64,000 nucleotides of DNA from Schmidtea polychroa (lineage: Eukaryota). This document shows positions 25,732 to 38,429 of the stretch, in pieces (position 1 is the first letter of the stretch; every line of letters begins with the position of its first letter). Below the pieces are notes generated by a model, which was not told the DNA's origin, ran no database searches, and saw nothing but the letters and a program-made list of their open reading frames with translations. Position numbers and translations under genes: made by a program. Location of the stretch: contig CM097885.1 of NCBI GenBank assembly GCA_044892525.1, positions 235,292,001 to 235,356,000 of the forward strand. The letters run 5' to 3'.

Positions 25732-27930
25732 TAAAATAATAATAATAATAATTCAACAGTTACCAACAATCGGTTACTAAATATTTTTAACTAGGTGCTG
25801 ACAAATAAGTACCAAATACTTATAACATGATACCACGTACTAACTAACTCTCAAACAACCAAGTAAAAACAACCAAGTACCAACAATCAACTAAATATTC
25901 TTTATTGTATTTTATAAATTGTTTTTTAAATTATTTTTTTATATGTCTTCAAAAATATGTTTAATTACAATCAGTAGAAAAACCTTTTCAAATTTAATAA
26001 AAATGTTGATTTTCATCAAAAATGAATAATTGTCAACTCAACACCACGTGGAATTCAAAATTATTTAAATTACAATGAAAGACTAATGAATTCTAATTTA
26101 CAAAACATTCTTCTTTTAATTGATAACTTATTATTGCAATGTAAAAATCGCATTCAATAAATACTTATTGTTGATCAGTTTTATTATATATACTCTGAGT
26201 TTATCCGACAGGATGTTTTGACCCCCTAAGGGTACAGGTCGTAATGGTACTGGTCGTAAGGGTATTAGTCGTAAAGGTACTAGTCGTAGGGGTATTGGTA
26301 ACACTCAACCACCACCTACCAAGTACTCACAACCAACATCAACCAGCTAACAACTAGCTACCAAGTACTATCAACCAACATCAACCAGGTACTAAGCATT
26401 ATCAACCTACAACTATATAACAACAATCAGTAAACAACACTGTACCAACTACCAAATACAAGATACCAACAACTTAGTACCAACAATCAACTAACCACAC
26501 ATAAAAATAATAGCAATTAAATACAAAATATTCTTCATCGCATACACTATTTTCTTATCAAAATCTAAAAAGTCAACCAACTACTTACAACCAACAACTA
26601 TGTACTAACAAATTGATCTTTAAAAGCAAATGCTCTTCACTTGAAAAATTGGATGAAAAATTAATTGAACTCAAGGCATCAATAACTAGGTAAAAATTGA
26701 TTAAATAATTGTAAAAATTTAAATTATTCGAAATAAATATCATAAAAATTTAATTAATGGACAGGAAAGAATTCTAGTCATTAATCATCCAGTAAATTAA
26801 AAAAAATACTGATCATTCAAGTTGAATCAACTAAGATAATAAATTAATAAGATAAGATCTAGTAGATAATTGATTTAGATTGAATAAATTAATTGAAATA
26901 AAATTAATTTTAATTATTTTTTTAAAAGTACTCAAATTGATTGACTGATTGCTCAATATATTCAAAAAATCAGTATAAATTCATTACAATTATCAAAGTC
27001 AGCAATCTACAATAAAAATAATTATCATTAAATTCCAAAAGAGACTAGATAGCTAATGATAACATCTAACAAACCAGTAAATTCATTTAAATGACAATAA
27101 TTGGTATATCCAAGTGAATTCTCCAATAAAATCATCTATAAAGAATCATTTTCCCTGAAATATTTCTATCTTTTAAGATTGGTATCTTATCGATAAGTAC
27201 TTGTCAAAGATCATATATTCACCTCAAACTAACAAGATTCCTTAAAATCCCCTTAAATGACTATATTTCTATCCTTAATTCATATTATTACAAATATTTC
27301 ACTAAAATCATCTAAAAACCATCAAATTTCCTTGAAATAACACTATCTTTAAAGATTGATATTTTAATGATAAGTACCCTTAAAAGATCATATATTCCCC
27401 TCAGACTAATAAGATTCCTTAAAATCCCCTTTAAATGACTATAATTCTAACTTTAATTCGTATTATCACGAATATTTCCCTATAAAACATGTAAAATCAT
27501 TAACCCTAAATAATTTATAAAATCTAATGATAAAACTGGTTATAATTAAATTTTTTGTTAATCACTGTACTCGATATTTTAAATAAATATTACTACAATA
27601 TAACTGACTAGGTCCCATTGAAAGATTAAATTTATCCATTCAATAAAATATATTTCTCCAAATGATCATTTTTACCGATATTCAACCGATTTAATCATTA
27701 ATTAAAATCAAGATTCCTTCAAATAAAGATCAATTTTATTTAGTGTTTGTCGATGTTTTAAGTCCATATTTCTCAACTTTTGTCATTCTCCGCTTAAATA
27801 AAGATAAAAATAATTTAAAGTTGATATCAATCCCATTTATCTGTAAAGATTTCATTGTCAAAACCAAGTAAATCGGTCATTAACACTACGTAATAAAACC
27901 CTGGATAATTAATAGAAAATTTAATAAAAC

Positions 27931-29194
27931 ATAATAGTGAATATAAGTGAGGAGGATATATAATTTAAGCTAGTTTATTACATAACAAGCCGTGACTAGT
28001 TTATTACATAACAAGCTGTGAATGGTTTTTGAATAAGAAATATGGAATAGGTCTTATTTTTTTAAATTTTTGACTAAAATAAATTCTAAAATAATAACTA
28101 ATTAATACTAAAATGTTTTAATTTACATTATGTATTTCAAAAACAATTATCATAAAAGAAAATAATATATATTACCCTTTTCATTCAAAATAAGTTGAAT
28201 ATTCAAATATAAGTCTTAGAAAATACAATCAAAATTAAATTTTAAAAATATAAATTTTATAAGTTTTTCAAATTCTCGAATAATGTAAATAATAATTTAA
28301 TTTTTACCGGTATAGACTTAAACTTATTGACGGAATTATGTAATAGAAATAAAAAGTTACTTAGGTTATTTTTTTTTTCAAAATTATGACTAAGTCCTTC
28401 AATATTGTAATAATAGCTATTTATTAATAAATTTATTATTTTACATTAAATATTTCAAAAACAATTATCATATTATTAATTATATTACCCTTTTTAATCA
28501 AAATAAGATAACTATTCAAATAGATGATTTTTATAAATTACAATAAAAATTAAATACTTTTACACTAAATTTAAAAATATAAATTTTATAAGTAAATGTA
28601 AATAAGAAATTAGTGTATTATCATTTATAGACTTTTTAAACTTATTGATTAGATATTAAAAGGTCTTTTAATATTGTATTCTATTTATTATTAAATTTAC
28701 TATTTTACACTAAAATATTTAGAAAACAATCATCATAATATTAAATATGAAACTTCAATCAAAATAAGCTAATACTCGAATATATATCTTATAAAATACA
28801 ATCAAAATTAAATACTTCACAAATTTTAAGTAAAGTTTTTTAAATTCTCAAATAAATGTTAACAAGATATTAAATTATTAATCATTATATACTTTTTAAA
28901 CTTATTATTGGAATAAAACAATAGAATGATATTGAAAATATATACAATTTAAAAATACAATAAAAATTAAATTATATACTTTAAAAATTTGGTAAAATTT
29001 TTATCAACAATTTAAAAATACAATTAAAATTAAATTACATACTTTAAAAATTTGGTAAAATGTTGGTAAAATCCCGTTCACAGCTTGTTATGCAATAAAC
29101 TAGTCATGGCTTGTTATGTAATAAACTAGTCACGGCTTGTTATGTAATAAACTAGCTTAAATTATATATCCTCCTCACTTATATTCACTATTAT
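27931..29194. repeat. Inner inverted repeat (27931-28022 / 29077-29194) enclosing about three degenerate ~300-bp direct repeats
   Basis: ATAATAGTGAATATAAGTGAGGAGGATATA... is mirrored. The 26-bp unit CTAGTTTATTACATAACAAGCCGTGA occurs twice on the left and three times on the right. Confidence 0.85.
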
Positions 29195-32100
29195 TCTCCA
29201 CTATTTAATCCCTATATTACCCCCGATTCCCGATTTTCCATTAATTATTCACTTATATTCCCCGATTCTCTATTTTCCATTAATTTATCACTTATATTCC
29301 CCGATTCTCTATTTTCCATTAATTAATCACTAATATCCCCCCGATTTTGATTAATTATTCCCCACAAATATTTCTTTTTTTTTATTAAATTTATGAATTT
29401 TATGAAATAATTTTAAATAAATTCAATTAATATATTTCCATTCTTATCAACCTTCTTCTTATCTATGCCACTTCTCATTATTTACCTCCATTAATGAATT
29501 ATTCTACCAATTATTTTCACCCATTTGAATCGAGTAATGAATAATTTCCTCACTTTAATGAAGATTCTTACCACCTTCATTGTTAATTTTATCAAAGTTT
29601 AAAGAATAATTGTCTTTTACATTGCTTACCACATTAGAATTTTTATCGAAATTTATGATAATTTTACTGATTCAATGAAGAATGAGTTAATTAATATATA
29701 CTCTGAGTTTATCCGACAAAATATTCTGTCCCACTATGAGTACTGCTCACAAGGGTACTACTCACATTCAACATGTCGTAAGTGTATTAGTCGTAAAGGT
29801 ATTTAATGCTTTTATTTGAATGATTATTTAGGCAAATTTGTATAAGGCATTCATTGATAATTTTTAGAGTTGATGGTTTTATTCAAGTAAATTTCTATCA
29901 TTTTTATGAATTTCTATCATTTTTGTGAATTTTTATCGTTTTCATTAATTTCCATCATTTTTTTGAATTTCTATTATTCTTGTGAATTTCCATAATTTTT
30001 TGTGAATATCAGTAATTTTTGTGGATATCTATCATTTTAATGAATTTTTATCATTCTTGTAAATTTCTATTATTTTTGTGGATTTCTATCATTTTTGTGA
30101 ATTTCTTTGATTTTTGTAAATTTCTATTATTTTTGTGGATTTCTAACATTTTTGCAAATTTGATGTTTATTGAATGAATATTTAATAATTTAATGCTAAT
30201 TCTAAGATAAATTTAATTAATTTCTTGATAATTGGATGTATTTTTATTTGATGGTAAATATTTGTAGAAAATTTAGTGAATTTTGATCTTTTAATGGGCT
30301 CTTATTATTTGTCTGGTTCTATAACAATTAATTAAAAGTCATATTTTTGAAGTTCTCTGAGGATTTTAAGAGGATTGATATATATTAAAGGGCTCAAGTG
30401 GGTGAAATCTTTAGGGAAAATAAGGGATATAATCGGATAGATGTTTAAAAGGGTAGAAATATTTGCTGAGAGATCGGATAAGATGGGATATTGTCGGTTA
30501 TTAAATTTAATGAGGGATGGGTTAAGATGGGAATATATGATTTTTAAAGGGATATAGTCGGTTAGATTTAATGAGAGATCAGATAAGATGGAAATATATC
30601 ATTGTAAGGGAGATATAGTCGATTGAATTTAATGAGAGATCGGATAAGGTAGGAATATATCATTGTAAGGGAGATATAGTCGATTGAATTTAATGAAGGA
30701 TGGGTTAAGATGGGAATATAGTCGGTTAAATTTAATGAGACATGGGTTAAGATGGGAATATATGATTTTTTTAATGGTGATGTTGGTAAAATATCATTGT
30801 TTTAAGGGAAATATCAATTAGTCAGTTACGTATCAATAATAATTATACCGTTTTATTAGGTTGTGATTAATCCATTGTATATTAATTTAGATTTATGTTT
30901 TAGAACAATGTTTTATTAAATTTTCTATTAATTATCCAGGGTTTTATTACGTAGTGTTAATGACCGATTTACTTGGTTTTGACAATGAAATCTTTACAGA
31001 TAAATGGGATTGATATCAACTTTAAATTATTTTTATCTTTATTTAAGCGGAGAATGACAAAAGTTGAGAAATATGGACTTAAAACATCGACAAACACTAA
31101 ATAAAATTGATCTTTATTTGAAGGAATCTTGATTTTAATTAATGATTAAATCGGTTGAATATCGGTAAAAATGATCATTTGGAGAAATATATTTTATTGA
31201 ATGGATAAATTTAATCTTTCAATGGGACCTAGTCAGTTATATTGTAGTAATATTTATTTAAAATATCGAGTACAGTGATTAACAAAAAATTTAATTATAA
31301 CCAGTTTTATCATTAGATTTTATAAATTATTTAGGGTTAATGATTTTACATGTTTTATAGGGAAATATTCGTGATAATACGAATTAAAGTTAGAATTATA
31401 GTCATTTAAAGGGGATTTTAAGGAATCTTATTAGTCTGAGGGGAATATATGATCTTTTAAGGGTACTTATCATTAAAATATCAATCTTTAAAGATAGTGT
31501 TATTTCAAGGAAATTTGATGGTTTTTAGATGATTTTAGTGAAATATTTGTAATAATATGAATTAAGGATAGAAATATAGTCATTTAAGGGGATTTTAAGG
31601 AATCTTGTTAGTTTGAGGTGAATATATGATCTTTGACAAGTACTTATCGATAAGATACCAATCTTAAAAGATAGAAATATTTCAGGGAAAATGATTCTTT
31701 ATAGATGATTTTATTGGAGAATTCACTTGGATATACCAATTATTGTCATTTAAATGAATTTACTGGTTTGTTAGATGTTATCATTAGCTATCTAGTCTCT
31801 TTTGGAATTTAATGATAATTATTTTTATTGTAGATTGCTGACTTTGATAATTGTAATGAATTTATACTGATTTTTTGAATATATTGAGCAATCAGTCAAT
31901 CAATTTGAGTACTTTTAAAAAAATAATTAAAATTAATTTTATTTCAATTAATTTATTCAATCTAAATCAATTATCTACTAGATCTTATCTTATTAATTTA
32001 TTATCTTAGTTGATTCAACTTGAATGATCAGTATTTTTTTTAATTTACTGGATGATTAATGACTAGAATTCTTTCCTGTCCATTAATTAAATTTTTATGA

Positions 32101-33108
32101 TATTTATTTCGAATAATTTAAATTTTTACAATTATTTAATCAATTTTTACCTAGTTATTGATGCCTTGAGTTCAATTAATTTTTCATCCAATTTTTCAAG
32201 TGAAGAGCATTTGCTTTTAAAGATCAATTTGTTAGTACATAGTTGTTGGTTGTAAGTAGTTGGTTGACTTTTTAGATTTTGATAAGAAAATAGTGTATGC
32301 GATGAAGAATATTTTGTATTTAATTGCTATTATTTTTATGTGTGGTTAGTTGATTGTTGGTACTAAGTTGTTGGTATCTTGTATTTGGTAGTTGGTACAG
32401 TGTTGTTTACTGATTGTTGTTATATAGTTGTAGGTTGATAATGCTTAGTACCTGGTTGATGTTGGTTGATAGTACTTGGTAGCTAGTTGTTAGCTGGTTG
32501 ATGTTGGTTGTGAGTACTTGGTAGGTGGTGGTTGAGTGTTACCAATACCCCTACGACTAGTACCTTTACGACTAATACCCTTACGACCAGTACCATTACG
32601 ACCTGTACCCTTAGGGGGTCAAAACATCCTGTCGGATAAACTCAGAGTATATATAATAAAACTGATCAACAATAAGTATTTATTGAATGCGATTTTTACA
32701 TTGCAATAATAAGTTATCAATTAAAAGAAGAATGTTTTGTAAATTAGAATTCATTAGTCTTTCATTGTAATTTAAATAATTTTGAATTCCACGTGGTGTT
32801 GAGTTGACAATTATTCATTTTTGATGAAAATCAACATTTTTATTAAATTTGAAAAGGTTTTTCTACTGATTGTAATTAAACATATTTTTGAAGACATATA
32901 AAAAAATAATTTAAAAAACAATTTATAAAATACAATAAAGAATATTTAGTTGATTGTTGGTACTTGGTTGTTTTTACTTGGTTGTTTGAGAGTTAGTTAG
33001 TACGTGGTATCATGTTATAAGTATTTGGTACTTATTTGTCAGCACCTAGTTAAAAATATTTAGTAACCGATTGTTGGTAACTGTTGAATTATTATTATTA
33101 TTATTTTA

Positions 33109-33157
<49 letters not shown>

Positions 33158-36100
33158 TTATTATTCCATTAAAATTTCCATTAAAAATTATCCTAAAAAT
33201 TATTCCATAAAAATTTCTATTAAAAATTACTTAAAAAATTATTTCATAAAAATTTTCATTAAAAAATTTCAATTCTCAAACACCTTCTATTTTTTGTTAA
33301 TAAATTTAAAAATCTTAGTTTAATTTACTTATTACATTACTTATTTGAAAATTATTACTTTAATTTACTCATTTAGCTTTAATTTAAAATTTGAACCATT
33401 GTTTCCTTTAATTTAAAATTTTGAACCTTAATTTACTTATTTAAAATTTTTAACTTTAATTTACTTATCCTTAATTTGCCTATTTATCCTTTATTACTTA
33501 ATTTTACACCATAATTTACTAAACAACTAATTATAACCCTTATTTTCATATTTAACCAATAATTTCATGTGGTCATCTGGTTGTAAGTGTTTGGTATCTA
33601 GTTGGCAGTGCTTAGTACTAGGTAAGTTACTTGGTTGTTAGTACTTGGTTGATGTTGGTTGTATGTACTTGGTATCTAGTTGTTAGTAACCAGTTGTAGG
33701 TAATTAATGCTTAGTAACTGGTTGTTGTCGGGTGTGAGTACTTGGTATCTAGTACCTAGTTGGTTGGTGGTTTTTGGTTGATAGTACTTGGTATCTAGTT
33801 GTAAGTATTTGGTATCAGGTAACTGGTTGTTAGTATCTAGTTGTAGGTTGTAGGTACTTAGTAGTTGGTAATTAATGCTTAGTACCTGGTTGTTGTTGGT
33901 TGTTAGTACTTGGTAGCTAGTTGGTATCTGGTACCTAGTTGGTTGTTTGTTTTTGATTGTTAGTACTTGTTAGGTGGTTGTATTTACTTGGTATCAGGTA
34001 ACTGGTTGTTAGTAACTAGTTGTAGGTTGATAAGGCTTAGTACCTGGTTGTTGACGGTTGTTAGTACGTGGTATCTAGTTGTTAGTACTTAGTAGCTAGT
34101 TAATGGGTAGGTGGGGGTTGAGAGTTAGTTAGTACGTGGTATCTAGTTGTAAGTACTTGGTAGCAGGTAATTGATTGTTAGTAACTAGTTGTAAGTACTT
34201 GGTATCTAGTACCTAGTTGGTTGTTTTTGGTTGTTAGTACTTAGTAGTTGGTTGTAGGTACTTGTTAGGTGGTAGTTAGTTGTTAGCTAATTGTTGTGGG
34301 TTGTTAGTACTTGGTATCAGGTAACTGGTTGTTAGTAACTAGTTGTAGGTATCTGGTTGGTAATACATGTTCGTAAGTTACTGGTTGTTGGTACTAAGTT
34401 GTTGATTTGTTGTTGAATTATTATTAAAATTTGTCTTTGAAAAATATTTCATAAAAATTTTCAATAAAAATTATCTTAAAAATTTCCATCTAAAATTATC
34501 ATTGAAAAATATTTCTTAAAAATTTCCATTAAAAATTAACTTAAAAAATTATTCCATAAAAATTTCCATTAAAAATTACCATTGAAAAATATTTCATAAA
34601 AATTTTCATTAAAAAATTTCAATTCTCAAACACCTTCTATTATTTCAACTTTTTGTTAATAAATTTAAAAATCTTACTTTAATTTACTTATTACATTACT
34701 TTAATTTACTTATTTAAAAATTATTACTTTAATTTACTTATTTAAAATATTTTACCATTGATTACTTAATTTAAAAATTTGGACCTTAATTAACTTTAAT
34801 TTAATTTTTAGAACCTTAATTTACTTTAATTTAAAAATTTGGACCATTATTTACTTTAATTTAATTTTTAGAACCTTAATTTACTTTAATTTAAAAATTT
34901 GGACCATAATTTACTTTAATTGAAAAATTTGAACCATAATTTACTGTAATTTAATTTTTTAGAACCATAATTTACTGTAATTTAATTTTTTGACCATAAT
35001 TTACTTTAATTTAATTTTTAGAACCATTATTTACTGTAATTTAATTTTTTAGAACCATTATTTACTGTAATTGAAAAATTTGGACCATAATTTACTGTAA
35101 TTCTAAATTTTTGACCATAATTTACTGTAATTTAATTTTTTAGGACCATAATTTACTGTATTTGAAAAATTTGGACCATAATTTACTGTAATTTAATTTT
35201 TTAGGACCATTATTTACTTTAATTGAAAAATTTACCACGTTTTTTAGTGTAGACCACCTTTTTCTCAGGACCAAGGAGACCCACCTCACTATAGTCTGAA
35301 AAATCCTTGGCTTTTTTAGTGTAGACCACCTTTTTGTATTGAAAATATCCTGAGACCTTAAATTACCATGCTTTTTTATTGAGACCACCTTTTTCTATTG
35401 AAAAAAAATTTTTTTTGTATTGAAAATCCCAGGACCATCGAGACCCCTCACTATAGTCTGAAAATTCCATGCTTTTTTAGTGGTAGTCGGATTTTTGTAT
35501 TGAAAAAATTTTATTTGTATTGAAAATCCCAGAACCATCGAGACCCCCTCACTATAGTCTGAAAATTCCATACTTTTTTATTGAGACCGCCTTTTTGTAT
35601 TAAAAAAAAATTTTTGTATTGAAAATCCCAGGACCATCGAGACCCCCTCACTATAGTCTGAAAATTCCATGCTTTTTTATTGAGACCGCCTTTTTGTATT
35701 AAAAAAAAATTTTTGTATTGAAAATCCCAGGACCATCGAGACCCCCTCACTATAGTCTGAAAATTCCATGCTTTTTTATTGAGACCGCCTTTTTGTATTA
35801 AAAAAAAATTTTTGTATTGAAAATCCCAGGACCATCGAGACCCCCTCACTATAGTCTGAAAATTCCATGCTTTTTTATTGAGACCGCCTTTTTGTATTGA
35901 AAAAATTTTTTTGTATTGAAAATCCCAGGACCATCGTTTTTGTATTGAAAAAAATTTTTTATATTGAAAATCCCAGGACCATCGAGACCCCCTCACTATA
36001 GTCTGAAAATCCCATGCTTTTTTATTGAGACCAGCTTTTTGTATTGAAAAATTTTTTTTGTATTGAAAATCCCCGGACCATCGTTTTTGTATTGAAAAAA

Positions 36101-37122
36101 ATTTTTTGTATTGAAAATCCCAGGACCATCGTTTTTGTATTGAAAAAATTTTTTTGTATTGAAAATCCCAGGACCATCGTTTTTGTATTGAAAAAATTTT
36201 TTTTGTATTGAAAATCCCAGGACCATCGAGACCCCCTCACTATAGTGTGAATAATCCTTGGCTTTTTTAGTGGTAGTCGGATTTTTGTATAGAAAACATT
36301 TTTTTGTATTGAAAATCCCAGGACCATCGTTTTTGTATTGAAAAAAAAAATTTGGACCAAAAATCCCTGAACGCAAAAAATTTGAGTTGCCGCAGACCCC
36401 CCCCCCCAGGGGGGGGGGTAATTGCGGCAGTACGCTCCTAACTACCTACTTATTCTGACTATTCAAAAAACTCGCTGTAACTGCTCTGGTTCTGCACGTT
36501 TTGCAGCAATAATCACCTTTTTTATTTATTTTGACTTAACTTGATTCCTTTATTTCCCTTTCCGCTAGTTATATCTTCTATCTTTAGTTTTTCCATTTTA
36601 ACCTACTGTCACTTTCTCTTTCCCTACCTGAGGCAAAATACCGATTGTTTCTGAATTTGAGCTCCCTTATATAGTTGAAATGATCGCATTGATTAATGGT
36701 ATTTCAACTATATTGTCTCCTTTTGACAAGCTTTGCCTCGAGGCTTTTTCGTCGAAAAAAATAATTAATTGCTTCACCGTACGTCCCTCTTGCCGTAATC
36801 TTTTCCCCGTTTTCCCATTACTCATCTTGTCATGATAATGGTTCTCCCGAATCCATTTTGTTTACTTTTCATTCTGTTTACTTACTGGGGTTTTCCTTAA
36901 TTAATTAATTAACGATTTTCTATCCTGTATTTTGACCCTTTCTGAACATATTCTAATGAATCCGTTCTCTCTATCACCTTTCACATCGTCTCATTTGCAT
37001 CTGGCCCGTTTTTCAAATTTTAATTCGGTAATTTATTGATCTTTTGAATTTTCCAATATTCCATTTTTAATTACATCATTTTAAATTAGAGAACCCGAAC
37101 AAAAAGGAATAAAGAGATATCC

Positions 37123-37720
37123 TGTTGGGTTTTCAGTTAATTTAAGTCGGTAACTTCTGACTCCTCGTGTCCTTTAAATCAAAACAATAACTACCCAAGG
37201 TATATTGGAATAACAAAATTTTTATTCTTTTCTCAACACTTTACAAACAATAATCAAAGTTACGTCTGACCGATTCTCAGCACAGCGTTGATGCTTTGAA
37301 AAAAGATAATATTCACCTTTTATTCCCTTAGGTTCTCTTGACCCACGTTTTCCTCTTTTTTCATTTGATTTGATCCTTTTTCACCTTTTCGTTTTCCTAT
37401 TCTATATCTTCTTTTTCCTTAATCTCCTTAATTCGTTTTTATCTCTCGATTATTCTTGATTCTTCTTACCCTACCTGAGGCAAAATGCCGATTTGCTCTA
37501 ATTTTCCTATTCCTTATATACTCTTCGAAATCGGGATGACAAAAGGTTATTGCCGAGCCAATCTCTCACTTGACATTTGACTCCACACATTTGCTTCGGC
37601 TGTTACCCATAATGGTCAAACGAACAAAGATAATTAATGGTCCGTCCGGACTTTCTGCACGCACTATCTTCTCCTTGTTCTTTTTCAATTAATCATTGTG
37701 TCCCGCTAATGGGCCCAAAA
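37123..37720. mobile_element. Truncated LTR-like repeat (same family as 44710-49806)
   Basis: TGTTGGG start. 37123-37331 matches the reverse complement of 49599-49806, and 37328-37718 matches the reverse complement of 45054-45443. Confidence 0.7.
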
Positions 37721-38278
37721 CTTGTGAGGAGTTAAAATTAAAATGTTAAATTTAAATTATTTCATGATTAAATTTTGTAAAATTAAAGGTGAAACTTAAA
37801 TTATTTTAAATATATTAGAATTAAAATGGTTTAAAATTAAAATGAATATTTTTATTTTAATTTTGAAATAAAATAATTTTTAATAAAATTGCAATTCAAG
37901 TATGAATGTGGTATGTTGATATTTGGTTGAAATTTTAAATTTATAGAAAGAAAGTGTCCCAAGAATATTTGTTTATATAAGCAGATTTAATGAAATATAA
38001 TTTTGGATTTATTTAGTCTTAGTAATTTATTTGATGAAAAAAGAATTGAATTTTATAGCTTCTAACAAGACTTACTGCTGAAATTTGATTAGATGTTGGA
38101 GAAATGAATAATTTTCTGTAAAAGTGTTGTATAGTGATTTGTAAAATGATAAATTTCGCCAAATTGGCCTTTGATGATATGTTACCATTTATAATGCTAT
38201 AAAGACGTTATTTTAGTATTATTCTTTCAGCAATCCTCACTTATCACAAATATTTATTAATATTTATAAAAAAATATA

Positions 38279-38287
<9 letters not shown>

Positions 38288-38335
<48 letters not shown>
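38288..38335. repeat. (TA)n microsatellite
   Basis: Seen directly, just upstream of the arrestin-like gene. Confidence 0.95.
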
Positions 38336-38339
<4 letters not shown>

Positions 38340-38429
38340 TAAATAAATAATTACATTTCTTTATAGTTAATATAATTTATAAATATTAAAAATAAAGATT
38401 ATTTATAAAAGTCGATTTTATATCAAAAA

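Larger units (their letters stand above)
22888..36450. mobile_element. 13.6-kb non-coding Polinton/Maverick-like foldback element (element 2)
   Basis: Termini AGTAGGTAGTTAGGAGCGTACTGC ... GCAGTACGCTCCTAACTACCTACT. Perfect 6-bp TSD TATTCT (22882-22887, 36451-36456). Near-identical inverted arms 22888-27932 / 30908-36450. Only repeat-derived ORFs. Confidence 0.88.
22729..37101. mobile_element. Solo-LTR-like element (~0.8 kb: 22729-22887 + 36451-37101) split by element 2
   Basis: Starts TGTTGAG, similar to the TGTTGGG start at 37123. Ends CCCGAACA, with AAAA on both sides. Right part shares CCCTACCTGAGGCAAAAT with 37470. Confidence 0.6.

Noticed and set aside
35140..36376. Repetitive ORFs (up to 161 aa) in the element 2 arms
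   Set aside because: They are translations of tandem repeats, open in several frames, and their lengths differ between the two arms.
22888..36450. Giant inverted arms as a sequencing or assembly foldback artefact
   Set aside because: A perfect TSD, distinct flanks that rejoin into one LTR-like repeat, a 3-kb spacer and arm-specific differences all argue that the structure is real. Read confirmation is still desirable.
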